Source: Felis catus (lineage: Eukaryota). Taken from it: DNA of 64,000 nt. The DNA lies in assembly GCF_018350175.1 (NCBI RefSeq), contig NC_058368.1:107758001-107822000 (forward strand), given 5' to 3'. The notes beneath the pieces were generated by a model. It did no database searches and was not told the DNA's origin. It was given only the letters and a program-made list of their open reading frames with translations. Made by a program: the position numbers and the translations under genes. Shown piece after piece: positions 24,401 to 36,556 of this stretch. Position 1 is the first letter of the stretch. Each line of letters starts with the position of its first letter.

Positions 24401-25179
24401 CCATGTTCTTCCCACACTGTCTCTTCTAAACCAAGTACAAATGCAATAGTTCCTAGTGCTCACTAGGGAGACCCTTGCAACTTCAAATAGTTTCAAGGGC
24501 CTTAGCGTCCCAGCATAGCGCCCAGGTGCTCCGGATTCGTGGCACAACTCCACAACAGTGCTCTCTTTGTTCCGTGGCACTGAGTTTCCGAGCATAATAT
24601 TAGTGTCTCAGGAAATCCTTCCCAAAAAGTTATTTCCAGCCCGCAGCCAGTGATTTATTCCAAATGTCTGAATGAGCTGAAGAGAGTTTCCCCTGGTCTG
24701 AAGTTGCTTGTCCTGGCAGACAGATGTCTGCACTCCTTACTTTTTAACAAAATTTGTCTCTGCTGCACAGGCTGAACGATCTCTCTCACCTTCATGCTGT
24801 AAATTTACCTGGAGGTGGCAAAATAATGAATTTAAATAGGAAACAGATCCTATCACAGCATCCCTCTGTAACTGCTTTATTTACTTTTCCTGAAACAATG
24901 ATTTTATCTTCATTGGTATCCCTCATTTGGATGTTTCTTTTATTTCAGAGGCAGTACTTGGCCTTGGCAGCATCACCCCTACTGTTTAAAAAGCTCTTGG
25001 AATTTGAAGCAAAGCCACAGTCCAAGTTGACTTTGGCAGTTGTGTTTTTCAGACAGGCAGATTTCTCCAGTTTCCCTAAAAGGTGTCTAGGGCACTGAGA
25101 TGAGACCATGTCCTGGACAACAGAGACCTCTCGATAGTTGAAAGGCATGCTCAAAGACAGTCTAAACACCAAACTTTTT

Positions 25180-25404
25180 TTTTTTTGATTTTTTAATGTT
25201 TATTTATTTTTGAGAGAGAGAGAGACAGAGACAGGGCGTGAGCAGGGGAGGGGCTGAGAGAGAAGGAGACACAGAATCCGAAGCAGGCTCCAGGCTCCGA
25301 GCTGTCAGCACAGAGCCCGACGCGGGGCTTGAAGTCACAAATTGTGAAATCATGACCTGAGCCGAAGTTGGACACCTAACCGACTGAGCCACCCAGGCAC
25401 CCCG
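25180..25404 (-). mobile_element. Can-SINE
   Basis: TSD aaacaccaaacttttt (25164-25179 / 25405-25420). Confidence 0.96.
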
Positions 25405-25899
25405 AAACACCAAACTTTTTAAACTGAAGGAAGTGAAGTATCTTAAGTGGTTTGCTAAAACCAATCAGTGCCTCGCAGATTGTGAGATTTGCCAAGTCAA
25501 GCAGCTGGTGCCTGTACTGAAAAGGATATGTGCTTTTGACATAGAACAGAGTAGTTATTTCATTAGGGAAGGGTTTTATTGGGGTGTTGTAGAGCGGGAG
25601 TTATAGACAAGTACTGGATTACGAAATACACTGATTTGATAATTAGCCTTTGAAATTCCTCCCAGTTTCTCTTTAATATGTGTATGTTTATTCTTTATGC
25701 ATTTTTGTCTTTTCAGCCCCGACAGTGAAGAGAAGGCTGAGTCTTTTAAAAAGGCTTTTAAAAGGGTTGCATGTGACCTTTAGGGTTCTGCAGGGTCTTA
25801 TGGAGCGATTCTGATAGACACTGCTCAGAGCTCCCTCAGTCATTCCCAACTTCCTGTCTTCTTTTCCTCTCCAATTTTTCCAGGTGCCCACTGCTTTAT

Positions 25900-27030
25900 T
25901 TTCTTTTTTCACAATAAACAAATTCTACTACCTTTCCCCACTTTTTGGAACAGTTTGTCACATTGTTGCTTTAACTGAACCTGGTTCTCCCTGAGGACCC
26001 TCCATCTTGCATCTTTTTCAAGTTAATACTACTCCTTCTCTCAGTCACCCGCAGTGCTGTAGGCGCTTTACAAGCAGTGGGCAGTGAAGCTCCTACCTCT
26101 TGGTTCCCCGGTGTCCCTTCTGGATTCCTTTTCTTACACTCTGCTCCCCCCAAATTCCTGCTCCTTGATGCTCATACTTTTCCTCCACATGATTATTTCC
26201 GACTCTCTGGTCACTCCTGTCGACTAATATAATTTTGTTATCCAGCTCACAGAATTCCTCTCTGCCAGTGCGCTGTATGATATCAGAGTTTACAGGAATT
26301 GCCATCCAACCTATTCTTGACCCCCTCATTGCCAAAGTCTTAAAGTGCTCTTCCACGTCAGCCACATACATCCTTGTCCACATTGTGGATACTGTATCCC
26401 TCTCAATCCTGTAACAGTAAGTACTTTACCAGTTATAATAACTATAGCTGATTAAACTCTTATCTTGTGCCAGGGCACTGAGCTAGTACCTTTAGATTTA
26501 CTGTTTCATTTAATTCTAAATTCAGCTCTCTGAGGTAGATACTATAATGACGCCATTTTACTGAGAGGGAAACCAAGACTCCAAATAAGTTATACGTTAA
26601 CCAGTGGTAGAGCTTGGATTGGAAAATAAAGATGCCTGCTCCAAGTTAAAGCTTTTGACTCCTACAATATAAATGTTCTACTCTCTGACCTTACCATTCT
26701 CTCTTCTGCCCCCTTCTTTCAATGGTGTTACTCCTGACCCTTAGTCTCATGGTATACTCTAAGAGCTCCTTGGACTGCATACTTCTGTTGGACATATTAA
26801 CTTCTCTCTGTTTTCATTTTCTTTCCTATTAAGTTTAGATTCTGCAGACTGTTTTCAAGCTGTACTGTCTGCTAGGTTCTCCCACCTTCTTTGCTATTGT
26901 CCTTCCTCCACTTCTGCCTAGAGAGTCTCTATCCCGCTCTACATATGTGTTGCCAAGCACTTTAGAAAAGAATCCCTGAAACTGTAGAAGATGCCAATCT
27001 TACTACTCCTGCTGTGCAATAAAGGTAACT
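25900..27030 (+). mobile_element. L2 fragments, interrupted by a MIR
   Basis: Pyrimidine-rich L2-like sequence on both sides of the MIR; approximate. Confidence 0.4.
26430..26670 (-). mobile_element. MIR
   Basis: 'tgtgccagggcactgagc..tcatttaattc..ctctgaggtagatactat..ccattttactgagagggaaaccaag..gtggtagagcttggatt'. Confidence 0.75.
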
Positions 27031-27034
27031 CTTT

Positions 27035-27148
27035 GGGGCACCTGGCTGGCTCAGTAGGAAGAGTGTAAGACTCTTGATCTCAGGGTTGTTGAGTTCGAGC
27101 CTCACATGTAGTATAGAGATTACTTAAATAAATAAAACTTTTTTTAAG
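27035..27148 (+). mobile_element. Short old Can-SINE (A)
   Basis: 'ggggcacctggctggctcag..gactcttgatctcagggttg..agagattacttaaataaataaaa'; TSD aaaggtaactctt / aaagtaagtctt. Confidence 0.92.
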
Positions 27149-27162
27149 AAAGTAAGTCTTCA

Positions 27163-27364
27163 GGGGCACCTGGGTGGCTCATTTGGTTAAGCATCTGACT
27201 TCAGCTTAGGTCATGATCTTACAGTTCGTGAGTTCGAGCCCCATGTCAAGTTCTGTGCTGACAGCTCAGAGTCCAGAGCCTGCTTCAGATTCTGTGTCTC
27301 CCTCTCTCTCTGCCCCATCCCCACTCATGCTCTGTCTCTCTCTGTCTTAAAAATAAATAAAACA
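27163..27364 (+). mobile_element. Can-SINE (B)
   Basis: Full head and CT tract; TSD aaagtaagtcttca / atagtaactcttca (the second copy lies beyond nested SINE C). Confidence 0.95.
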
Positions 27365-27586
27365 TTTTTTTTAATTTTTTTTTCAACGTTTATTTATTTT
27401 TGGGACAGAGAGAGACAGAGCATGAACGGGGGAGGGGCAGAGAGAGAGGGAGACACAGAATCGGAAACAGGCTCCAGGCTCTGAGCCATCAGCCCAGAGC
27501 CTGATGCGGGGCTCGAACTCATGGACCGCGAGATCGTGACCTGGCTGAAGTCGGACGCTTAACCGACTGTGCCACCCAGGCGCCCC
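27365..27586 (-). mobile_element. Young felid Can-SINE (C), inverted, in the tail of B
   Basis: Reverse copy with young-subfamily diagnostics (ccatcagcccagagc, ctggctgaagtcgg), flanked by T runs. Confidence 0.96.
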
Positions 27587-28599
27587 TATTTTTTTTTTTA
27601 AATAGTAACTCTTCATTCTTCTCATAAGCACTTATCATCTAATTTACACTTCCATTCTACTGGGTGACAAACTGTATCTCAGTCACTTTAGACATTCTCC
27701 CTCTTTTCCTGAAGTTGTATCTAATTTTTAAGTGACACATGTTAAAATAAAAGTCATTGCATGGAGGAGGAAAAAAAAAGCTTTCCTTGGAATTGCCAGA
27801 AAATCACGCTGGAATCCAGTGAGAGGTCCTCATTCAGATCGGTTTTGAGCAGATGAGGGAAGTACCTGCTTGATCCTACTTCACCGGTACTCTAATATAT
27901 CTACAGGTCTTTCACCCTCTCAGCTATCTATCCATGCTACGCTATGGCACCAGGGGACCCAATAATACCAGCATGATGCAGGTGCAGAAACAATGCAAAG
28001 GTGATGTGTCTGTGCACACATGCATTAAACAGTCTCATAGAGTCCCTCCCACTGTGCTGCCAACAGCATCCCCCTTGCCAGTTCTCTAGAACTTTTGACC
28101 TGAGATGCCCTTCAGGTATTCATTCAGGGAGTTGGTGCTGGTAGTAGACTCTTTTATAAGCAGTGCCCTTTGTTCTATCATTCCATAATTCCCACGTGTT
28201 CACCTGTCTAGAGCTTACTTACCATTTATGTCCCAGCTTAGAGCTCAGTTCCCAGACCCCCTGAAAAAGGATCAGTGCCTTCTTATGTTTTTCCATAAAC
28301 TATTGCCATACTGCCTTATTAACACTTGTGCATTCGTCTGCTTCCTTCTTCTGTCTGATCCTGGGGCTTGGGCATCATGTGGGTCTTGATTATGATTAAG
28401 TCCTTACTCAAAGTAGCAGAAACCCAGTAACCTGTTTTCCTTTTCTTTCATTTTACAAAAATGTAAGAGAAAAACTTGTATTAATTTTTACATAATCATC
28501 CACATATTTAATGAAAAACTTGCCAGTGATGTTTGAAGTTGAAACATGTTTTTTTTCAGAAAATTGGTATGTTAATTTCTGTCATAGAACTTATATACA

Positions 28600-29490
28600 A
28601 AATATTCTTAAAACAACCATGAGAGGGGCGCCTGGGTGGCGCAGTTGGTTAAGCGTCCGACTTCAGCCAGGTCACGATCTCGCGGTCCGTGAGTTCGAGC
28701 CCCGCGTCAGGCTCTGGGCTGATGGCTCAGAGCCTGGAGCCTGTTTCCAATTCTGTGTCTCCCTCTCTCTCTGCCCCTCCCCCGTTCATGCTCTGTCTCT
28801 CTTTGTCTCAAAAATAAATAAACGTTGAAAAAAAATTAAAAAAAAACAACAACCATGAGATGCACCTCAGAATAGCTAAAAATAACAGGATTAATAATAT
28901 TGTTGTCAAAGATTGATGAGGATATGCAACCAGTGTTACTTTTGTACATTTCTGGTTGTCATATAAATTGGTACCACAACTTGAGAAAACTATTTGACTC
29001 ATCTACTAAAATTCAGCATTTGTATACTACTTAATTAGCTGTTTTCATGTGTCCCTAAAGACATGAATGATAATCTTCAAGAGAGCATTATTTGTAATGG
29101 CCCCAAATTGGAAGTAGCAGAATTGTACATCCACAGTAGAATGGAGAAATAAAATGTGGTATATTCATATAATGGAATATTATACTGCAAAGAAAATGAA
29201 TGAACTGTAGCTACATATATAAACATGGCTGAATCTTAAAGCTGTTTTCATTTATATAAAGTTTACTAACAGACAAAACTAACTTAACCATATTAGAAGT
29301 CAAGAGAGTGGTAACTCTGGAGGAAAAGGAGTGTTTGGGAAGGGGCATGAAGAGGGATTTGGGGATACAAGAATATTCTCTTTCTTGACCTGGATGGTAG
29401 CTTATGGCATGTTCATTTTGTGATAATTTATATTTTATGATTTGTATACATTTCTCTGTATATGCTGTATATGCTTCAATAAAAGTGTTT
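28600..29490 (+). mobile_element. Ancient L1ME/MC-type 3' fragment
   Basis: 'agcattatttgtaatggccccaaattggaa..tggtatattcatataatggaatattatac..ttcttgacctggatggtag..caataaaa'. Confidence 0.75.
28625..28847 (+). mobile_element. Young felid Can-SINE
   Basis: TSD aacaaccatgaga (28612-28624 / 28848-28860). Confidence 0.97.
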
Positions 29491-29492
29491 TT

Positions 29493-29702
29493 TTTTAATT
29501 TTTTAATGTTTATTTTTGAGACAGAGAGAGAAAAAGCATGAGTGGGGGAGGGGCAGAGAGAGAGGGAGACACAGAATCAGAAGCAGGGTCCAGGCTCTGA
29601 GCTGTCAGCACAGAGCCCGATAGGGACTCGAACTCACAGACGGCGAGATCATGACCCGAGCCGAGGTCGAATGCTCAACCGACTGAGCCACCCAGGCACC
29701 CC
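29493..29702 (-). mobile_element. Can-SINE
   Basis: TSD tcaataaaagtgttttt (29476-29492 / 29703-29719). Confidence 0.96.
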
Positions 29703-30152
29703 TCAATAAAAGTGTTTTTAAAAATCCAAGCTGATGATAGTATATTTTTATGCCAGAGATATGTCTATATAAAAGTTAAAAGAGATCACTTTCGGTAGAT
29801 ATGGCAAATATGCTTTACAGAAGCATACGGGCATTACCAGTATAAGGCTATTACTCTCCTGGAAGCTCTGGAAGGATGCCTTTCAGCACTATAATTGCAG
29901 TGTAACTAGGTGAGCATTCCTCTAAAGCAGGGATTCTTAACCGTTTTTATTCCTCAGCTAGTTTGGTATGACCTATAAACTCCTTCTCATAAACATGTTC
30001 TTAAATGCACAAAATAAAAATAATACACCTAAGATTACAAGGAAACCCATTATAGCACCATTAGCAAAATATCAACTATGAATTTTCCATAACACATTGA
30101 ATAACAAGGCAGTACATTTAGAATATAGACAAGTGAAAGTTAAAATTTATTT

Positions 30153-30377
30153 TTATTTTTTAATTTTTTTTTACATTTATTTATTTTTGAGAAATAGAGA
30201 CAGCATGAACAGGGGAGGGGCAGAGACAGAGGGAGACACAGAATCCAAAGCAGGCTCCAGGCTCCAGGCTCCAAGCCGTCAACACAGAGCCCGATGCGGG
30301 TCTCAAACCCACGAACCGTGAGATCATGACCTGAGCCAAAGTCGGACGCTTAACCGACTGAGCCACCCAGGTGCCCC
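30153..30377 (-). mobile_element. Can-SINE
   Basis: TSD taaaatttattt (30141-30152 / 30378-30389). Confidence 0.95.
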
Positions 30378-30384
30378 TAAAATT

Positions 30385-30457
30385 TATTTATTTATTTTTT
30401 TTAATATGAAATTTCTTGTCAAATTGGTTTCCATACAACACCTAGTGCTCATCCCAA
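30385..30457 (-). mobile_element. Very short 3' end of a young felid L1
   Basis: 'ttttttaatatgaaatttcttgtcaaattggtttccatacaacacctagtgctcatccca' matches the reverse L1_Fc terminus as I recall it. Confidence 0.75.
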
Positions 30458-31589
30458 AAGTATTTTTAAAATGTATATCAGAATGAAGGCTATTTATACC
30501 CTCCTCTTTACAGGGAGTTAAAAAATCTCATGTGAACTATCCAGTCTTACAAAATTTAAACAATGAAGATGACTTATGTCCATGTATGTATTGACGAATA
30601 AACAGTTATAGATAGGAAATTCCAGAAATCAGCATACATGCTTCTGTCACCAGTATAGTAACTTGCCACCGTTTGCTGATGGAACCACCACTAGGTGTCA
30701 TGTAGTTGACTAGCTGTGCGTTATGAGGAGCTGTAGGTAGAAAGATCATAGTGAGATAGGATCTAGTGGCAAGGCTAATACTCACTGTAATTTCTAAGTA
30801 ATGGTGAAAAATCAATATTTGAAGTATATATAACAAGTATAAAATATTATACTTGTATCTTGTCTATGTAATATAAAAATGTATACTTGTATACATAAAG
30901 ATGTATACTTGTATCTTGTAGATATAATATAAAAATATTTTTGGTTTCTGTTGGTCTATAAAGTCACAAGTACTGCTAATACCTCTGTGATTTGTTGTCT
31001 GTATTCATAATGAAGGAAATGGTACATGTTAGTTAAGAAGATAAGGAAGTAAAATAAAATCAAAGTATAGTTGTAATTTTCCCCCACTCAAGTTATGAAT
31101 TCCCGGAATTGGGTCCTGGGTTAAGAACTGCTGTTTGAAAGTGAAAGTGTGACTTTCTGTGTTGACCTTCCTTGTTGAAGACAAAGGTTGTATGGAAGAG
31201 GTGATATAAAAAAAAAGTCATCCATAATCACAAGTGACACTTTAAGCTTTTTTGTAGACAAAGAGCCAAGTTTAAGACTAAATGGAAAACAAGTATTTTA
31301 AGTGCTCAGAACCCTCAGGAGAACTACATCTCTGAATAAGAAGCCATTGGCCTTGATTCTTTATTGTTTACGTTAAGGCATCTGTGTAGGTCGGGACACT
31401 TAGAAGCATAAATTGGCAAATGGAGACCTTTAATTTTTTTCTCAGGTAAGGTCCTTTCACATAAATGTCAACTACAGAATAAAACATAACTTCTGCTAAT
31501 CCTTCAAGTTTCAGCGCACCCTCCATGTCAACCTCGTTAAGGGGTGCTTCCTGTTGCCAAAGTGCCTGGAACTCCCCTAAATGTAGCAC

Positions 31590-31760
31590 TTACCACCCTG
31601 ATAATTTTGGGTTGGGTGTTTGTTCTTTCATTTTACTAAGCCTCATGCAGCTAAAGACAAATATCTGTCTTATTTGTTGCTTTATCCTTAGCAAATAGCA
31701 TAGAGTCTGGTATACGGCAGGCACCCACCAAATATTTGTGGAACAGACAAGTCAACAAAT
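31590..31760 (+). mobile_element. L2 3' end
   Basis: 'tctgtcttatttgttgctttatcc..tagcatagagtctggtatacggcaggcac..aaatatttgtggaa'. Confidence 0.7.
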
Positions 31761-31946
31761 AAGCTACCAAATACTTTTTGAAACCACCTCTCTTCTGTTT
31801 GTTAGTCACGATGAAAAGAATCATGGGGAAAAGAATGAACCACAATCCTGTGTTTAGAGCACAGCGGGAGTTCCGATTCCTGCCGAATGCTGACTTAATG
31901 CAGAATGACTACTGCATAATAGGGGGTTTCAAAAAATTAGACGTCA

Positions 31947-32158
31947 GGGGCGCCTGGGTGGCTCAGTCAATTAAGCAGCCAACTCTTGATTTTGGCTCAG
32001 GTCTGATCTCAAGTTTCATTGGATGGAGTCCTGCATTGAGCTCCAAGTCAGGCTCCTCAGGCTTCACAGACAGCCTTGATTCTTTCTCTAGCCCCTGCCC
32101 CCCCCTTCTCTGCCTCTTCCCCCACCTCACACACTCTCTCTCTCAAAATAAACATTGA
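31947..32158 (+). mobile_element. Older Can-SINE
   Basis: TSD aaaaaattagacgtca (31931-31946 / 32159-32174). Confidence 0.94.
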
Positions 32159-33704
32159 AAAAAATTAGACGTCACATTATCAACATATCAAACAGATACA
32201 ACCCCTTCACTGACTGAGGGAAGTTCCAGAAAATTGAAAGTGAAAATGCTGCTTCTTTTATAGGGGCTAGCCACTTAAATCCTGGTTCTCCTCAATTTTA
32301 CCTAAGAGATAATTTTTATTATCCTGTTTAAGTTAAGTAACTGGGTTAATAAAATGTAGAACTGCTTTTGATGAAAGTAGCCCTTTTCAAAGGGTTACTG
32401 AGAATTACGTTGCTGAGTAAATTAAATTCACTGTAGAGGGAGATCAGCTGTGACTAATCTAGGTCTTTTTTCCTCACATTATTCCTTGATTTATTTTTCC
32501 CCAGTTTACCAGACAAAATCAGCTTTTCTTCTGAGCGATTGTGATCTGTGTTTTAATGCAAAATGATTTCTTTGTATTCGAAATGAGTAGCTTATGTAAG
32601 AAGGAGGAGATTTTTTCACTTTATTCAGCTCTGCTAGTATTAACTATAAAAAGGAAAAGATTTGTGGCCTTAATATGTATCCTTGAATATGGTTGCATGT
32701 TGTAAAATATATATTTTTATAATGCCACAAGAATTAGGGCAAGGACGAATGACCCCAAGCAGTATTTTCACCCATTAATTTTATTTTATAAGTTTATTGT
32801 TTGATATTCCTTTTAAATGAACTGGACCTATGCCCTCAATCCATAAAGGAGAGAGAACATTTGCTGCTGTGTACTGGCATTACTGTTTACCATCATGAGC
32901 CAGCCAGGCATAAACTCATAAAGATAACCAGCCTTGCCACCCAGCTACTGCCACAAAGAACTCCACGATATGAATTAAACATTTCCTCTCCCACATTTTC
33001 TTCAAAATATGAAAAGCCCATGATCAATAGCTCTACCTTACATGGAAGTTTCCTGATCAGAGATTAAATACATTTGTAGCTAATTAATTCTGGCATGCAT
33101 GACCAGAAGTCATGGAGATCAGAAATATATATCAATGTGGAACACTTGACATTTGCCCCCATCTATAGGGTTGTGACTGGTGGCACCCCACATTAAAACA
33201 TTTCTTGGTTCCGGCATCTCCCATAATTTATAGGACTGGTCTCTAGAAACTCATTTGAATACTTGGTAGATCAAGTACTGAATGAGGGCCTAGTCTTTTC
33301 CCAAAAGAACATCTTGGTCATGCAGGCAATTAATTACTCCTGGGCTGTATCTCCATACAGGTGTCCTGTTGAAGTTGGGAGAACACTAACTGTAATTAAA
33401 AAAAAAAAAAAATTAGCAAAGCTATGTGAACTCTACAGTCTGCTATCTTCATCTCCAAAATACACAGGTTTTCACGCAAGCAGCAATAAGCAACCTCAGC
33501 GTACTCTTCACATTATTAAAACATATATACAATAACATGGTCCCCGCTCTTTGTCTGGCTGCCATGGATTCCATCTGGGAAAGGGTTTGAAAGAGAGATA
33601 CCATTCATCACCTCTTGGTTACTCTTGGTCATATTCTATGCTCAGTTTAGACATGAAACAACTATGTATCAGAACCATACGGCTTGCTCTTTAGAAGTAC
33701 TTTT

Positions 33705-33897
33705 TCTAAATTTTTTTTAATGTCTGTTTTTTTAGAGAGAGACAGAGCATGAACAGGGGAGGGGCAGAGAGAGAGGGAGACACATAATCTGAATGCTGAC
33801 AACTCAGAGTCCAACATGGAGCTTGAACTCATGAACTGTAAGATCATAGCCTGAGACAAAGTCAGAGGCCTAACCAACTGAGCCACCCAGGCACCCC
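33705..33897 (-). mobile_element. Can-SINE with internal deletion
   Basis: TSD ta(g/c)aagtactttt (33692-33704 / 33898-33910). Confidence 0.93.
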
Positions 33898-35581
33898 TAC
33901 AAGTACTTTTAATAGCTTGTACATTCACATATTACTCAAGTTTTTATTGAAGACTGTTTTACAAAACAACTGAATGATATCTTATTTTTACTTCTCAAGC
34001 AGGTATTTTATAAAATATATGCTAACAACTTTTGCAATAGCATTCCCTATATAAACCTGGTAAGAGATTTATTTTAGGATTTATTAAAAGAAAAAAATTA
34101 AAGAAACTAAATTTCTCATTTAAAAAATCGTTTTGTTTCAACTTCTTTTAATGTACATTGTGATGGTATATTTGCTTTTTTTTTTAGCTAACTCATAGGA
34201 GACTCAGAATTAAATCTGAGGTATAGTTACAGCAATTATATTAACCTTTCATCTAACACATTTGGATCTATTTTTTGCTTGGTTTTCATTTTTAATTTTC
34301 TTTGTTGCTATACCAGTATATGTTTTATAATAATTTTTGTCAAACTGTGTTACAAAGAAATTAGAGCCACGGTACTCAAACTACCAACACCCACAACAGT
34401 AGGGGCATACATCGCATAACACATGAAAGAGAGTCTGGCCATTGTAGATATCAACTGGGTGAACACAGATTGAATGGATGAGGTATATAATCAGTATACA
34501 ATATTTATGTCCATGGAGGATTGCTTTCCAAGGTAGAATAAATGAATTAGAAATAAAAAAAACATGATATAGAAAACTAGAACACTGAGAGATAAGTATA
34601 TGTTCATAACCAGTAACATGTATCACATACTAATTTAACATGTGAGATTACAAAAGAGTGACATTCAAGAGAGCTCTCACTAAGCAGGAATTTTAGCCAT
34701 TTTGAATGGTGGAGAAAAGGATGACAGATTGGATGTGTAGATAGGTGTGCATAATTGTGTGTGTTCTCATGCATTTTCATGTTTTTGGAAAAATAGAGTA
34801 TTTGTAGAAAAAGCAAAGAAGTAAAATATAGCATTTTTGTGATACCTGTTAAGAGTGATGAATAACAAAAGTCCGTTTTTCTACATAAGATTTTGACTGC
34901 CAGTTAAATTTCTGGCTTTTTATTCCCTGGAAACTCAATAAAGATAAAATGACAATTGTGTTATTAGGAAGCATTGGTAAATTGCATCTTGACTGGAAAA
35001 ATTATAAAGATCTGGTAGGGAGCCATAACTCTGGGCTTCCCGGAATATGGTGATTCTTGTAGTTAGAGGTGTCCCTTGTGGGGATGTTTGGGACTTTTTC
35101 CAGAAATCCAGATCCTCTGCGGAAGGAGCTTTTAAGCCATTGTATTTCATTCCCTTGTACTTGAACTGTCCCTCAGGGTGAACAAGATGGCTTTACCACT
35201 CCCCTCAGCTGACTAAACTTGGTCAGATTTCTTCCTAACTATAGGCCCTTGACTTCGCTATTCTTAGAGCATTAACATTAGAACACTTAGAATTGTAAAT
35301 TCTTCTTCTGCCTCTTTGAGATGTAAATCTTCTATAACCTAGAAATGTCTGCTCCAGAACCTGGAAGCCTTCCCTTTGGAATGTAATCATCAAGAAAGAT
35401 AGGACCCCTGTCCCCAGCCTCTTTGGGAGAGTAGGAATCTAACCTCAGTGAGCTTTAAGTGGCAACTAGCAAACAGAGAACAAATAGTATGGCCTAATCA
35501 CATTGACTAACCTCTCTGCTAAAGTCCTCCAATACTCTCTCATTAGCTCACCCCAGTGTTTAAAAATGTTCACACCTTTGA

Positions 35582-35796
35582 GGGGGTGCCTGGGTGGCTC
35601 AGTTGGTTGAGCATCTGCCTTCAGCTCAGGTCATGATCTCACTGTCCGTGAGTTCAGGCCCCACCTCAGGCTCTGTACTGGGAGCCTGGAAACTGTTTCA
35701 GATTCTGTGTCTCCCTCTCTCTCTGCCCCTCCTCCACTCATGCTCTGTCTTTCTTTCTCTGTCAAAAATCAATAAGTGTTAAAAAAAATTTTTTTT
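35582..35796 (+). mobile_element. Can-SINE
   Basis: TSD aatgttcacacctttga (35565-35581 / 35797-35813). Confidence 0.95.
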
Positions 35797-35813
35797 AATG
35801 TTCACACCTTTGA

Positions 35814-36556
35814 AAAAGAAACCCTTGTACACTGTTGCTGGGAATGTAAATTGGTACAGCCACTATGGAAAAAAGCATGGAGGTTCCTTAAAAAATTAAA
35901 AATAGAAATACCAAATGATCCAATAATTTCACTACTGGGTACTTACCCAAAGAAAATGAAAACACTAATTCAAAAAGATATATGCAAACCCTGTGTTTAT
36001 TGCAGCAATTTTTACAGTAGCCAAAATGTGGAAGTAACCTAAGTGTCGATCAGTAGATGAATGGATAAAGATGTGATATATATGTACAATGAAATACTAG
36101 ACAGCCATAAAAAAGGATGAGGTCGTGCCATTTGCGATCACATGGATGGACCTAGAAGGTATTATGATAAGTGAAATAAGTCAGACTGAGAAAGACAAAT
36201 TCCCTATTATTTCACTGATATGTGGAATCTTAAAAAAAAAAAACCAGATGAATAAACAAACAAAAAGCAGAATCAGACCTATAAATACATGATGACTGCC
36301 AGAGGGGAGAGGGATTGGGGCAGACAAAATGTAAAGGGAAGTGAGAGATACAGATTTCCAGGTATGGAATGAGTAAATCACAGGAGTAAAAGGCAAAGCA
36401 TAAGGAATATAGTCAGTGATATTGTAATAGTGTTGTGTGGTGATAGAAGGTAGGTACAGTTGTACCATAGCATGATGTATAAACTTGTTGAATCACTATG
36501 TTGTATACCTTAAACTCATGTAACCTTGTGTGTCAACTACACTCAAATAAAAAAGT
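35814..36556 (+). mobile_element. 5'-truncated carnivore L1 (ORF2 end + 3'UTR)
   Basis: ORF 35776 '[18 protein letters not shown]' (L1 ORF2 C-terminal CCHC-region homology); 3'UTR ends 'gtcaactacactcaaataaaaa'. Confidence 0.92.

Larger units (their letters stand above)
29928..31133. mobile_element. Charlie1-type non-autonomous hAT DNA transposon
   Basis: TIRs cagggattcttaacc (29928-29942) and ggttaagaactgctg (31119-31133); internal 'ttaaatgcacaaaataaaa..gattacaaggaaacc' matches Charlie1; degenerate 8-bp TSD ctctaaag / tttgaaag. Confidence 0.8.

Noticed and set aside
24510..24535. CTCF-like 'tagcgcccaggtgctcc'
   Set aside because: Only half of the motif matches the consensus
25687..25790. 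Strong-looking splice acceptor (..tttttgtcttttcag at 25716) followed by a short open frame
   Set aside because: No canonical donor nearby ('aaggctgagt' is not GT) and the peptide is not recognisable
27900..27990. Possible 75-nt in-frame exon (VFHPLSY..MMQ)
   Set aside because: No polypyrimidine tract, weak donor and no recognisable protein
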